DNA of 64,000 bases from Candidatus Latescibacterota bacterium (GTDB lineage: Bacteria; JAAXHH01). The position numbers and the translations under genes are program-made. The stretch lies in assembly GCA_022822725.1 (NCBI GenBank), contig JAJEAN010000007.1:562382-626381 (forward strand). Reading direction: 5' to 3'. Under the pieces are notes generated by a model. The model saw only the letters and a program-made list of their open reading frames with translations, was not told the DNA's origin and did not search any database. Of the stretch, positions 27,449-37,612 are shown piece after piece. Each line of letters begins with the position of its first letter. Within the stretch, counting starts at the first letter, position 1.

Positions 27449-28699
27449 ATGCATGTGTCAGAGACGGCCTTGAAAGCATGGTCTCGCCGGGGTTTCATGA
27501 AAGGCGCCCTGGCGGCCGGTACAGCCGGCATCGCCCTGTCCATGTCGGACCGAATGGCCATGGCCACGCAGTTGATCACGGGCGGGAAGCCCACCATCGA
27601 AGCTATCAGAGGCGTAGGCGTGCAGCCGGGTCTCGTACGCATGAGCCTGAATGAGAACCCGTTGGGACCGTCGCCCCGGGCCATCGAGGCCATGGCGAAT
27701 CGGATGTTCGGCGTAAACCGCTATGGCACGGACCTGAACGATCTGATGCAGGCCCTGTCGACCTTCGACGGGGTGGAACTGCCCGAGCCGGACGATTCCA
27801 TGCGGCGCTCGTTTTTCAGGCCGCCTCCCAGTCCCTTCATGTTGACTCCGGGATCCAGTCTCATCCTGGACCTGCTCTGCCTGGCCTATCTGAGCCGCAA
27901 CGGTGGCGAAGTCATCGAAGCGGAGTTTGGCTACGGGTCCGTTTCCCGTTCCGCCAGCGACTACAACGACCTTTTCGGCGTCGACGTCAACGTCGTCCGG
28001 GCGCCGATGACGCCCGAATACAAGCACGATCTCGACGGGATGGCCGCCCTGGCGTCCGACAGGACGTCGCTGGTCGTCATCACCAATCCGAACAACCCCA
28101 CGGGAACGCTGTTGCAGCCCGAGGAGATCGAAGCGTTCATCAACAAGCTTCCGGCTACCGCCATCGTGGTCATCGACGAGGCCTACCTGCACTTCGTGGA
28201 GCAGGATCCGATACCCTCGGCGGTCCCGCTGGCGGTCAAGTACGACAACGTGGCCGTGGTAAGGACCTTCTCGAAAGCCTATGCGCTGGCTGCCGTGAGA
28301 CTGGGATACTGCGTCTCCTCGCAGAAAATCCAGGATGAATTGCGGAAATACTACCAGGAATCGCCGAACGCCCTGGCTACCGTGGCCGGCGCCGCCGCGG
28401 TCCGCGACCTGGAGCACCTGCAGAAGTCCCGCGAGGCGGTCTGGGATTTCAAGAAGCGGTGTTACGCCACTTTCGACGAGATGGGGATCGAATACCTGCC
28501 GTCCCAGGGCACCTTCGTAATGGCCGATCTGAAGCGCCCGGCCATGCAGGTGGTCCGGGAAATGCGCGCGAGAAACGTCTGGATCAGTTCCCGGCGGCAG
28601 CGGGAGTTTCAGAACTGGATCAGGGTGTCCGCCGGTACGGAGGCGGAAACCGAAGTCTTTCTCCAGACCCTCAAAGACGTGCTGGCCAGGTCCAGCTGA
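27449..28699 (+). CDS. PLP-dependent aminotransferase, class I/II (histidinol-phosphate aminotransferase-like) with predicted twin-arginine (Tat) signal peptide
   Basis: SRRGFMKGALAAGTAGIALS Tat-type N-terminus; aminotransferase fold motifs (SLNENPLGPSP, NPNNPTG, TFSKAY with Lys). Confidence 0.75.
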   Translation: MHVSETALKAWSRRGFMKGALAAGTAGIALSMSDRMAMATQLITGGKPTIEAIRGVGVQPGLVRMSLNENPLGPSPRAIEAMANRMFGVNRYGTDLNDLMQALSTFDGVELPEPDDSMRRSFFRPPPSPFMLTPGSSLILDLLCLAYLSRNGGEVIEAEFGYGSVSRSASDYNDLFGVDVNVVRAPMTPEYKHDLDGMAALASDRTSLVVITNPNNPTGTLLQPEEIEAFINKLPATAIVVIDEAYLHFVEQDPIPSAVPLAVKYDNVAVVRTFSKAYALAAVRLGYCVSSQKIQDELRKYYQESPNALATVAGAAAVRDLEHLQKSREAVWDFKKRCYATFDEMGIEYLPSQGTFVMADLKRPAMQVVREMRARNVWISSRRQREFQNWIRVSAGTEAETEVFLQTLKDVLARSS

Positions 28700-28725
28700 G
28701 TCCTGAGTGATAGCGACGTAACATA

Positions 28726-28761
28726 AAAAGTCCAGCGGTGCGTTTTCGCCGCTGGACTTTT
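28726..28761. terminator. bidirectional rho-independent terminator (13-bp perfect stem aaaagtccagcgg / ccgctggactttt, 10-nt loop, U-runs on both strands) between convergent genes
   Basis: Direct reading of the inverted repeat. Confidence 0.6.
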
Positions 28762-28791
28762 GTGTTAATGGGTTTCAGGCTTGTTGGGCTT

Positions 28792-29556
28792 TCAAATCAG
28801 GTTTCTGTACATTTCTTTCAACCAATCCCTCTCTCGTTTTATGACTTCCAGGTCTCCTCTTCTGTAGAACACACTCCAGGGTTCGACGCCGTTACTCCCC
28901 CAATTTGATATTCTTGCAATCTCCGATTCCTGAAGGTCGACGAGGGCATCCATCACGTTTTTGGGGCTATAATCACCGTAAGCCTCGCATAATACAAAAA
29001 GCCGGTCCCGCAATTCGGGAGGTTCTTCGAACCCACAGTCCCGCCAGAAATCACTTCCACGCAGCGGTACGTGATACCAGGCGATCTGCGCAACATCCAT
29101 GATGGTTTCGCCTGGTTCGGCGAAATCCCAGTCTATGACGCCCGCCAGCATACCATTATGCCAGATGGTGTTCCAGGGACCAAGGTCACCGTGGCGTACT
29201 ATCCATCCGGATCGCCATTTCGAATCCGGGACACACCATACCGTATTCTCGGGAGGCATGTAGCTTTTAACTGCGAGATGGTAGGATTTCAGAAATCCAG
29301 CCAATTGTTCCAGGCCACTGTCGGTCCTGAGTACTACAGGCCATGGTCTCAAGCCCGCTGTGCCTTCGATGTAAGTCAGAATTTCGTGCCCGGCTTCAAC
29401 CCCATGTACCCTTGGGACGCCCTGGAAACCGGTATTTTCAAGAAACCTGAGCAGGTCGTGTACAGCGTGTGTCCACCGATTGACGGGACGGTGGACGACA
29501 TCCCCGATGCGTTTAACGGTGTGCAAAGCACCGCACTGGCGGTCCTTATTTGCCAT
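28792..29556 (-). CDS. aminoglycoside phosphotransferase (APH)/phosphotransferase-enzyme family kinase
   Basis: HGDLGPWN (Brenner HGDxxxxN) and IDWDF (DFG-equivalent) motifs. Confidence 0.8.
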   Translation of the reverse strand: MANKDRQCGALHTVKRIGDVVHRPVNRWTHAVHDLLRFLENTGFQGVPRVHGVEAGHEILTYIEGTAGLRPWPVVLRTDSGLEQLAGFLKSYHLAVKSYMPPENTVWCVPDSKWRSGWIVRHGDLGPWNTIWHNGMLAGVIDWDFAEPGETIMDVAQIAWYHVPLRGSDFWRDCGFEEPPELRDRLFVLCEAYGDYSPKNVMDALVDLQESEIARISNWGSNGVEPWSVFYRRGDLEVIKRERDWLKEMYRNLI

Positions 29557-29663
29557 TATGAGATCCCCAATACAAAAACGGGAGCGTGTGATCCCTCACG
29601 CGCCCCCGTTCAGCCGTCTTCCGCCAGCCATGTAACGCCCGTCTCAACGCCCTTTCGGCATTC

Positions 29664-32003
29664 CTAGGATTTTGTCGACCGCACCGGAGCGGCGGGCTCC
29701 GTTTCCGGTTCCGGTGTTTCCACCTTGTCCTGCGCATGGTCGTCCGCCGTCGCCTGGTCCCTACCGTCCACGGTTTCCTGCGCCTGTTCGTTTGGAGTTA
29801 CCGCCCCGTTTCCGTCCACGGGCTTCGTTTCCGATACGGCCGTTTCAGCGGCCGCTTCTCCGGCCGCTTCCTTCGCTCCGGTTTCGCCATCCTCGGCCGT
29901 TTCCTGTGACTCGGCGGTCTCATGTGGCTCGGTGGTCTCCTGCGACCCGGCCGCTTCCTGCGACCCGGTGGTCTCCTGCGACTCGGTGGTCTCCTGCGCC
30001 CCGGCCGCTTCCTGCGACTCGGAGGACACCGTCGACTCAGCGGTCTTCTTCGACCCGCCGGTATCACGCGCTTCGGGAGGTAGCGGGGGCAGGGTCTTGC
30101 CTTCGATGAGCATGGCCACCTCGTCCCGCGAGAGCGAATCCCGTTCCAGGAGGGCCTTGGCCACGACGTGAAGCTGGGGTTCGTAATCCTTGAGCAGTTT
30201 CTCCACGCGTTCTCCTGCCTCGGTCACGAAACGCTGGATCTCCTGGTCGATGCGATGGGCGGTGGTCTCGCTGTAGTTTGGTTGGTGGGCAATGTCACGG
30301 CCGAGGAAGACCTCGTGCTCCTTCTCGCCTAGCGCCGTGGCCCCGAGCTCCTCGCTCATCCCCCAGTCGCATACCATGTGGCGGCTGATGCGGGTGACCT
30401 GTTCGATGTCGCTTTGCGCGCCGGAGGTCACTTCGCCGAAGACGATCTGCTCGGCCGCACGGCCGCCCAGGGCCGCGGCCATCGTACCCAGACAGTACGA
30501 GCGGGACTGGAGGTAGCGTTCCTCCGGCAGGGGTATGGTCACGCCAAGGCCCCTGCCCTGGGGCAGGATCGTCACCTTGTGCAGGGGGTCGATTTCGGGG
30601 ATGAGTTCGAAGGCGAGGGCGTGACCGGCCTCGTGATAGGCCACGATCTCCCGCTCCTTGTCGCTGATCACGAGCTGGCGCTTCGATCCCATCATGATCT
30701 TTTCTTTTGCTTCCTCGAAGTCATCGTTGGTTACGGAAGCGCGATCGTAACGCGCCGCGATGAGCGCCGCCTCGTTCACCATGTTGGCCAGGTCCGCGCC
30801 TACCATGCCGGGCACGCCCTTGGCGAGCACATCCAGCTTGACCGAGTCGTCGAGGGGGATTTTGCGACTCTTTACGTGGATCTCCAGGATCTTCTCCCGT
30901 CCCACCACGTCCGGACGGTCGACGACGATGTGCCGGTCGAAGCGGCCGGGTCGGAGCAGTGCGGGATCGAGCACGTCCGGACGGTTCGTCGCGCCGATCA
31001 CGATGATAGAGTCCGTTTTCTCGAAACCGTCCAGCCCCACAAGCAACTGGTTCAGGGTCTGTTCCCGCTCGTCGTGCCCGCCACCGAGTCCGGCGCCCCG
31101 GTGTCGTCCGATGGCGTCGATCTCATCGATGAAGATGATACACGGTGCGTTCTGGCGGGCCTGGTCGAAGAGGTCCCGCACGCGGGAAGCGCCCACGCCG
31201 ACGAACATCTCCACGAAGTCCGATCCGCTCATGCTGAAGAAGGGCACGCCCGCCTCGCCGGCCACGGCCTTGGCGAGCAGCGTCTTGCCCGTGCCCGGCG
31301 GGCCCAGCAGCAGGGCGCCTTTCGGTATCCGGCCACCCAGGGCGTGGAACTTGTCCGGGTTCTTCAGGAACTCCACGATCTCCTGCAGGTCGCGCTTGGC
31401 CTCGAGCACCCCAGCCACGTCGGCGAAGGTGATGGAAGGCCGGTCTTCCACGATCATCTTGGCACGGCTCTTGCCGAAGGAGAACATGCCGCGCTGGCCC
31501 GACTGCATCTGGCGCAGGATGAAGATCCAGAACCCGATCAACAGCAGCCAGGGCAGGGCGGCGATGAGGTAGCCTACCCAGTTGGTGGCCTCCGGTTCGG
31601 CCGTAACCATGACGTTTTTCGCCATGAGATCGGCCACCAGCTCCGGGTCGTCGAAGGGGATGTATACCTTGAATTCGCGCAGGCTCTGGTTCGCGCCTTC
31701 GACCACGGTCGACGAGTCCTGGCGCAGTGTGCCCGTGATCAGCTTCTCGGTGATGGTGACCTGCTCGATGTTGTCGGCTTCGAGAAACTGCTGGAACTGC
31801 GTATACGACACGGTTACCGCGTTATCGCCCCGCCTGGGCAGGAACTGCGCGGCCATCAGGAAGAACAGGAAGAGTACGAGCCAGATCAGGATCGAGCGGT
31901 TCTTCCTCGACTTGTCGGGCGGTGGCTGCCGGTCGTTCCTGGGATGGGGCTGTCGCTGGTCTGGGGGCGGCTGCGGATTCCGGTCCTGCGGTGGTTGGGA
32001 CAT
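29664..32003 (-). CDS. ftsH: ATP-dependent zinc metalloprotease FtsH with Pro/Gln-rich N-terminal extension and ~150-aa acidic low-complexity C-terminal tail
   Basis: AAA Walker [12 protein letters not shown] region, HEAGHAL zinc site. ORF-track start 32063 overlaps the sigma gene; internal ATG 32003 (MSQPPQD) avoids overlap. C-terminal tail rich in SQETT/ESQE repeats. Confidence 0.9.
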   Translation of the reverse strand: MSQPPQDRNPQPPPDQRQPHPRNDRQPPPDKSRKNRSILIWLVLFLFFLMAAQFLPRRGDNAVTVSYTQFQQFLEADNIEQVTITEKLITGTLRQDSSTVVEGANQSLREFKVYIPFDDPELVADLMAKNVMVTAEPEATNWVGYLIAALPWLLLIGFWIFILRQMQSGQRGMFSFGKSRAKMIVEDRPSITFADVAGVLEAKRDLQEIVEFLKNPDKFHALGGRIPKGALLLGPPGTGKTLLAKAVAGEAGVPFFSMSGSDFVEMFVGVGASRVRDLFDQARQNAPCIIFIDEIDAIGRHRGAGLGGGHDEREQTLNQLLVGLDGFEKTDSIIVIGATNRPDVLDPALLRPGRFDRHIVVDRPDVVGREKILEIHVKSRKIPLDDSVKLDVLAKGVPGMVGADLANMVNEAALIAARYDRASVTNDDFEEAKEKIMMGSKRQLVISDKEREIVAYHEAGHALAFELIPEIDPLHKVTILPQGRGLGVTIPLPEERYLQSRSYCLGTMAAALGGRAAEQIVFGEVTSGAQSDIEQVTRISRHMVCDWGMSEELGATALGEKEHEVFLGRDIAHQPNYSETTAHRIDQEIQRFVTEAGERVEKLLKDYEPQLHVVAKALLERDSLSRDEVAMLIEGKTLPPLPPEARDTGGSKKTAESTVSSESQEAAGAQETTESQETTGSQEAAGSQETTEPHETAESQETAEDGETGAKEAAGEAAAETAVSETKPVDGNGAVTPNEQAQETVDGRDQATADDHAQDKVETPEPETEPAAPVRSTKS

Positions 32004-32047
32004 GTCTTGTTGAAGACCTCGGTTCGTTCGGGGGTGGGTCGGCGTCT

Positions 32048-32671
32048 TTAGAAACCGGTGCAAATCGGCGCGGCGACGATCAGGTGGCGGAGATCAAGGC
32101 CGCCTTCGGTCCGGTACGGCGACCAGTCCCTGAACATGCTCCGCAACTTGCTTCGCGCTTCCGAAAGCCTGCGTTTCACGGTACCCACGGGAACGTTCAT
32201 CCTCGTGCTGACCTCATCACAGGAGTAACCGGAGAAATAGTACATGGCGACGGTCCGGCCGAGTGCGTGCGACAGCGTCGCTACGGCATTCCGCACGCTG
32301 CGGCGCTTTGCCCGGTCCAGGTGCACATCGCCCGGCCAGGCGCTTCCGTCGTCTTCCTCCTGCCGGACCTCCGACCAGGCCGTCTCCCGGTGTCTGCGGT
32401 CACCCACGTGGGCGAGGCACCGGTTACGCGCGATGGCGCGCAGCCACTGCGGAAACCTTTCCAGGTCGCGCAGGGACGACAGCCGCTGGTACACGGAAAG
32501 CCAGATATCCTGTACGATATCCTGCTTGTCCTGGCGGTTCCTGACCATGGATCCGACGATACGCCTGATCTCGCGGTCATGCCGCTGCACCAGCTTTTCG
32601 AAATCGTCCGGACAGCCGTTCAACACGCTTTCGATGATGAGTCCGTCCGCCGTGTGCGCCATTTCGTACAT
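32048..32671 (-). CDS. RNA polymerase sigma-70 factor, ECF subfamily
   Basis: Region 2 (DIVQDIWLSVYQRL) and region 4 HTH (YSCDEVSTRMNVPVGTVKRRL). Confidence 0.85.
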   Translation of the reverse strand: MYEMAHTADGLIIESVLNGCPDDFEKLVQRHDREIRRIVGSMVRNRQDKQDIVQDIWLSVYQRLSSLRDLERFPQWLRAIARNRCLAHVGDRRHRETAWSEVRQEEDDGSAWPGDVHLDRAKRRSVRNAVATLSHALGRTVAMYYFSGYSCDEVSTRMNVPVGTVKRRLSEARSKLRSMFRDWSPYRTEGGLDLRHLIVAAPICTGF

Positions 32672-32831
32672 CCTGCGTCAGGGGTGTTCGGCTACGCGTG
32701 AAGTGCGGAAGGCACCGTCTACTGCGGGAGGCACCGTCTACATATACTAAGAGGCCCGAAAACGAAAATCGGTTCGTTTTTTTTCGTATCGTTCCGACCC
32801 ACCGTTAATATACCGGATCAACGCGTCCTCG

Positions 32832-34175
32832 TCAAGCGGCCCCGGCGGCCTGTTCGCTGCCGGACACCACGCGGATTTCGCGGGTCAGACCGATCAATCC
32901 GACGAGGTTGGGAAACATCATGCAGGCGACCATGATATCTCCGAGATCCCAGATCATCCGGGCTTCGTATACGGCCCCGAAGAAGGCGGCCGCGCACCAG
33001 GTGATCCGGATACCGAGCACCACGCCCCGGGAGTCCGTCACGAACCGCAGGCCCTGCTCGGCATAGTAGGACCAGGTGACCATGGTCGTGAACCCGAACA
33101 TCAGGGAGCAGAGCGCGACGATGGCTCCGCCGAAAGGGATGGTGGTATTGAGCGCGGAAGCCACGAGGGCGGTGCTGATCTCGCCGTTGTGCCAGACGCC
33201 GGCGATGACCACGGTTACCGCGGTCATGGAACAGACGACGATCGTGTCGATGAAGACACCGATCATGGAGATATACCCCTGCCGCACCGGGTTGTTCGTC
33301 TGCGCCGCGCTGTGGGCGATCCCCGCGCTTCCGAGGCCGGCCTCGCTGGAGATGACGCCGCGCCGGATACCGTACTGGATCGTCCGGGCTACCGTGACGC
33401 CGGCGAAACCGCCGATGGCCGCGACCGGCGTGAAGGCGCTTTCCACGATGATCCAGAGCGTTGCCGGCAGCGCGCTGAAGTGGGTGAATACGACGTAGAC
33501 CACGCTGGCGGCGTAGACGAGCACCATCGTGGGCACGAGCCTTTCCGCGACCAGGCCGATGCGCTTGATCCCGCCGATGATGACGACGGCCAGGATGCCG
33601 GTCAGCAGGGCGCCGGTAATCCACTTGGCCACGTGAAACTGGGAGTCCATGACCAGGGCGATGGAGTTCGCCTGGCTGATGTTCCCGCCGCCGAGGCCGC
33701 CCAGCGTGGCACAGAGGGCGAAGATCGCGCCGATGGTGGGCAGGTTCAGCCCGTCCTTCAGATAGGACATGGGGCCGCCGAGCATGAGGCCGTCCCGCGT
33801 CTTTCCGCGGTACCGCAGGGCCAGCACGGTTTCCGCGTACTTCGTCGCCATGCCCAGGGGCGCCATGGCCGCCATCCAGAAGGCCGCGCCCGGACCGCCC
33901 ACCGCGATGGCCGTCGCCACGCCCGCTATGTTGCCGTTGCCGATGGTGGCCGCCATGGCCGTGGTCAGCGCCTGGAAGGGCGAGATGTCGCCCGATTCCC
34001 GATCGCCCTTGTCCCTGCGCAGGGCGCCCCGCATGACCAGGCCGACGGCCGTACCGAACTTCCGGAACTGTACCCCCCTGCTGGCCACGGTGAGCATGAA
34101 ACCCAGGACGGCGAGCACGCCGATCGTCCAGGGTCCCCACATGAAATCGGATATCGCGCGCAGGACGGCATCCAT
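32832..34175 (-). CDS. alanine/glycine:cation symporter (AGCS) family sodium:alanine symporter
   Basis: 447 aa polytopic protein with AGCS-typical N-terminal region (GPWTIGVLAVLGFMLT...FQALTTAMAATIGNGNIAGVATAI). Confidence 0.9.
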   Translation of the reverse strand: MDAVLRAISDFMWGPWTIGVLAVLGFMLTVASRGVQFRKFGTAVGLVMRGALRRDKGDRESGDISPFQALTTAMAATIGNGNIAGVATAIAVGGPGAAFWMAAMAPLGMATKYAETVLALRYRGKTRDGLMLGGPMSYLKDGLNLPTIGAIFALCATLGGLGGGNISQANSIALVMDSQFHVAKWITGALLTGILAVVIIGGIKRIGLVAERLVPTMVLVYAASVVYVVFTHFSALPATLWIIVESAFTPVAAIGGFAGVTVARTIQYGIRRGVISSEAGLGSAGIAHSAAQTNNPVRQGYISMIGVFIDTIVVCSMTAVTVVIAGVWHNGEISTALVASALNTTIPFGGAIVALCSLMFGFTTMVTWSYYAEQGLRFVTDSRGVVLGIRITWCAAAFFGAVYEARMIWDLGDIMVACMMFPNLVGLIGLTREIRVVSGSEQAAGAA

Positions 34176-34272
34176 GGCGTACCTCTTTCGCTGATGTCGG
34201 GATGTGAATGTGATGTTAAAGGCACTGAAATGAGATATGATTAATCTACTGCGCTTCGTGCGTTAAACAAGA

Positions 34273-34385
34273 CCAAAGGCCACCCGGAGACCACCCAAAG
34301 GCCACCCGGTGACCACCCCAAGACCACCGGCCGCGATGTTCGAATCCGGCCGCGATGTTCGAATCCGGCCCGGCTGTTCGAAACC
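34273..34385. repeat. two adjacent tandem repeats in the intergenic region (22-bp ccaaaggccacccggagaccac x2.5; 19-bp ggccgcgatgttcgaatcc x3)
   Basis: Direct reading. Confidence 0.8.
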
Positions 34386-34460
34386 CAGTTTTGGTTGTCA
34401 CTCGCGATGGCCCGGTTTATCTTGGATGCTCGCATTCACCAGGGTTGAAATGGAGTTCTC

Positions 34461-35603
34461 ATGACCGACCGCGTCTACGGCGTGCTGCTGGTCAGTTTCA
34501 GCAGGCACAGCCACCAGCGCAGTTTCGTCCCCGCTTTCGTGGACCATCCCCGGATCCGCATCGTGGGCGTGGCGGACGACGCGGACATCGACCCCTATCT
34601 CGAGCCGTTGAACCGGACCTGGGCCGATCGTCTGGGCGTTCCGTATCTGGAAGGGATCGAGGCCGCCGTGCAGCAGGATGACGTGGATGTCGTAAGCATC
34701 GGCCACGAGATCGAGCGGAGGGCGGATATCGCCAGACTGGCGGCGCGCGCGGGCAAGCACCTGTGGATCGACAAGTACATCGGCGCCAACATGCGGGAAT
34801 GCCGCGACGTGGTCGACACCGTCGAAGGATCAGGCGTCACATCTATCCTTCCCAGTTACGTTTACAACGATTTCGTCAATCAGAGCAAAAGGATGATCGA
34901 CACGGGATTGCTGGGCGAATTGACGGCGATGCACGTCGACATCCTCTTCGGCAAGGGGATCCCCCGGCCCATTTCGAATGCACAGCGAAAACCCGGTTTC
35001 CTGCCGGCGGGCAGGTGGAAGTTCCCGGACATCAAACGCGAGTTGCTGACGGTGGGCGCCTATGGCGTTGCACTGGTTCAGCAGTGTTTCGATCCTGTCG
35101 TCGAGGTATACGGCCAGGCCGGCGCCTACTTCTTCCCGGAACATGCCGCCCATGGCGCGGACGACTTCGGGACGCTGACCCTCGTGGACCGGTCCGGACG
35201 GGTGGCCACCCTGTCCGCCGGGCGCAACGGCATCGCCTCCCATGGCGCCGGAGGACCGAACCTGGCCTACCTGTTCGGCACGAAGGGCACGGGACGGATC
35301 GACGGAAAACGCCCCGGGTTCGATACCCACCTGAGAAACCGTATCGTGGACGGTGACTACAGCGTCGACGATGACGATCCCATGCAGTGGCACAGCGGCC
35401 CGCCCACCTTGCTGACCTCCACGGGAACCGAGTTCACCCGTGCCGCACTGGATGACCTCGTTCACGCGCTGGACTCCGGCGCGCAACCGCGCTTCACCGT
35501 GCGGGACGCCCGGGACCACATGGAAGTGATGCTCGCGGGCTATGAATCCGTCGTGCGGAACCGGCCGGTGCGTCTTCCCTTGAGCAGCGGGGAGGCGGCG
35601 TGA
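34461..35603 (+). CDS. Gfo/Idh/MocA-like oxidoreductase (atypical, lacks canonical GxGxxG)
   Basis: Overall Gfo/Idh/MocA-like N-terminal organisation (IRIVGVADD..., EKY-like region) but N-terminal motif degenerate. Confidence 0.5.
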   Translation: MTDRVYGVLLVSFSRHSHQRSFVPAFVDHPRIRIVGVADDADIDPYLEPLNRTWADRLGVPYLEGIEAAVQQDDVDVVSIGHEIERRADIARLAARAGKHLWIDKYIGANMRECRDVVDTVEGSGVTSILPSYVYNDFVNQSKRMIDTGLLGELTAMHVDILFGKGIPRPISNAQRKPGFLPAGRWKFPDIKRELLTVGAYGVALVQQCFDPVVEVYGQAGAYFFPEHAAHGADDFGTLTLVDRSGRVATLSAGRNGIASHGAGGPNLAYLFGTKGTGRIDGKRPGFDTHLRNRIVDGDYSVDDDDPMQWHSGPPTLLTSTGTEFTRAALDDLVHALDSGAQPRFTVRDARDHMEVMLAGYESVVRNRPVRLPLSSGEAA

Positions 35604-36493
35604 AAGGTATAGACGGACTGGTCATTGGTAGTCCGCGGGATTTTGAATTCTTCCGGGAGGACCTGGAGGCGCGGGACGGCGTGGTGTTCGCCCGGTCGAC
35701 CGGCGGTTCCAGCGACGCCGCACAAGACGGACAAAAGGGCACGGATCAAGGCTTCGTGACGCTGCGAAACGCCCTCGACGCGTACCTGCCCCGGCGGGCC
35801 CTGTTTCTTTCACCCTACCGGGGCATGGCCGCGGACGCGGCACACCTGGTTGAAAATGGTGCCGACGTGCGCACGGCCGGTCCCATGCCCGTCCGGACCC
35901 GCAATCTGCGTATACCCATAGCGGATTTGCACCGGTCCGATTCCGGATTCCGGGCGATGCTTGAAGCGAGCCGCCATGCCGATTTCGGGGACCCGGTGTA
36001 CCTTCGGCTGATCTCATCGCCGCATGGCGGGAAGTGGCAGAAGCGGTGGTGCGTCTTCCAGTCGTGCCGCAAGGCCGCGGCGCTGCTGGATTCTCCCCTG
36101 CGCCGAGTGTACGTAGCCGCGACGAGGGCCGCACGTAGTCTGCACGTGAGCATTACGTTGAAGACGCAACGCAATGCCACCGGTCATTTGCTGGTGGCGC
36201 CGAGGGGGTCCCGGCTGCAGGACGACCTGTTCCTGGTGGGAACGGGCGGTACGCTGGCGGACGATCCCCTGCTGAATCAACCGGGTGTGTATGGGAAGTC
36301 GGATAATAGCATGTTGACGCGTTACAGCATGTTGACGCGGCCTGCCGGGCGGAGACTGGCCTGCCTGTGGGGGAATGAGGCCCGGGTCACCCTGTCCGCC
36401 GCCGAACGGCGTTTCTACGATGACCTGTTCCAGGCGATCGACGACTCGTCGCGGTCGCGGAGCGGTATCTGCCTGGATTTCCCCACGGCCTGA
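35600..36493 (+). CDS. hypothetical protein, translationally coupled (GTGA overlap) to the upstream oxidoreductase-like gene
   Basis: 297-aa ORF, GTG start, no recognisable family; contains an internal 16-bp direct repeat (gcatgttgacgcg x2). Confidence 0.35.
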   Translation: MKGIDGLVIGSPRDFEFFREDLEARDGVVFARSTGGSSDAAQDGQKGTDQGFVTLRNALDAYLPRRALFLSPYRGMAADAAHLVENGADVRTAGPMPVRTRNLRIPIADLHRSDSGFRAMLEASRHADFGDPVYLRLISSPHGGKWQKRWCVFQSCRKAAALLDSPLRRVYVAATRAARSLHVSITLKTQRNATGHLLVAPRGSRLQDDLFLVGTGGTLADDPLLNQPGVYGKSDNSMLTRYSMLTRPAGRRLACLWGNEARVTLSAAERRFYDDLFQAIDDSSRSRSGICLDFPTA

Positions 36494-36505
36494 CTCGTGC
36501 GGACC

Positions 36506-36592
36506 AGTAATGAACCGGGCCTGAAGTGAACCGGCCCGTAATGTACCGGCCCGTAATGAACCGGCCCAGAAACGAACCGGGCCTGCAGTTGA
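36506..36592. repeat. degenerate ~15-bp tandem repeat array (gaaccggccc-core, ~5 units) in intergenic region
   Basis: Direct reading. Confidence 0.75.
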
Positions 36593-36626
36593 GCGGACAG
36601 GCGCGTTTCAAGGATCAAATGCCACC

Positions 36627-37610
36627 ATGACCGTCATCTCCCCATCGGCCGCCGTCGTGGCGCCGGAAGAAGCCGGCCCGGTTTCTCTGCCCTTCCTGCG
36701 GCGCATGCTGAAGCACCGCATGGTCTGCGCCGGCGGCGGCCTGGTCCTGTTCCTGGCGTCCCTGGCCCTGGCCGCCCCGGTCCTGACCGGCCTGGGTTAT
36801 CTGCAGGACCCCATGCTGCAGCTGGCCGACGGCCTGGACGCCGACGGTCTGCCTATCCCGCCCGGCGAACGGTTTCTCCTCGGCACGGACCATCTCGGAC
36901 GGGATATGCTGGCCCGTCTGGTGCACGGCACCCGCATCTCCCTGCTCGTTGGCGTCGTGGCCATGCTCATCGCTGTTTGCGTCGGGGTGACCGTGGGCAT
37001 GCTCGCGGGATACCACGGCGGATGGGTGAACGCCCTCCTCATGCGCGGAACCGACGTCATGCTGGCCATACCCGGGCTGTTGCTGGCCATCGCCTTTGCC
37101 GGACTGATGGACGGACGCGTGATCCAGATCCGCTTCGAGCCCCTGGACTGGCACGTACTGAACATCACGCTGAAACGCGGACTGGTCAGCGTGTTCCTCG
37201 TCATCGGGCTCGTAAGCTGGACCTGGATCGCACGGACCATTCGAAGCCAGGTACTGATCCTGAAGACCCGGGAGTTCGTCACGTCATCCCGGGCCATCGG
37301 CTGTTCGGATTTCCGCATCATGGTCCGGCATCTGCTACCCAACGTCCTGCCCCTGATCATCGTGCTCGGGTCCCTCGCCACGGCGAACACGGTGCTGCTC
37401 GACGCCGGCCTGAGTTACCTCGGGGTCGGCGTACCGCCCCCTGCGCCGTCGTGGGGTACCATGATCGCCGAGGGACAGCCGTACTTCATCGTCGCTCCGC
37501 ACCTCACCGTGGCTCCGGGCCTGTTCATTACCGCGGCCGTCGTGGGATTCAACCTGCTCGGCCAGGGTCTCCAGGAGGTACTGGATCCCTACGTGAAGGA
37601 GGGGAAGTGA
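36627..37610 (+). CDS. peptide/nickel ABC transporter permease (DppC/OppC-like)
   Basis: Typical DppC N-terminal and EAA-loop regions. Confidence 0.85.
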   Translation: MTVISPSAAVVAPEEAGPVSLPFLRRMLKHRMVCAGGGLVLFLASLALAAPVLTGLGYLQDPMLQLADGLDADGLPIPPGERFLLGTDHLGRDMLARLVHGTRISLLVGVVAMLIAVCVGVTVGMLAGYHGGWVNALLMRGTDVMLAIPGLLLAIAFAGLMDGRVIQIRFEPLDWHVLNITLKRGLVSVFLVIGLVSWTWIARTIRSQVLILKTREFVTSSRAIGCSDFRIMVRHLLPNVLPLIIVLGSLATANTVLLDAGLSYLGVGVPPPAPSWGTMIAEGQPYFIVAPHLTVAPGLFITAAVVGFNLLGQGLQEVLDPYVKEGK

Positions 37611-37612
37611 CG

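Noticed and set aside
32757-32800. Possible rho-independent terminator (cgaaaacgaa...ttcgttttttttcg)
   Set aside because: Stem is imperfect, and the U-run orientation fits a plus-strand transcript although the flanking genes are on the minus strand. Left uncalled.
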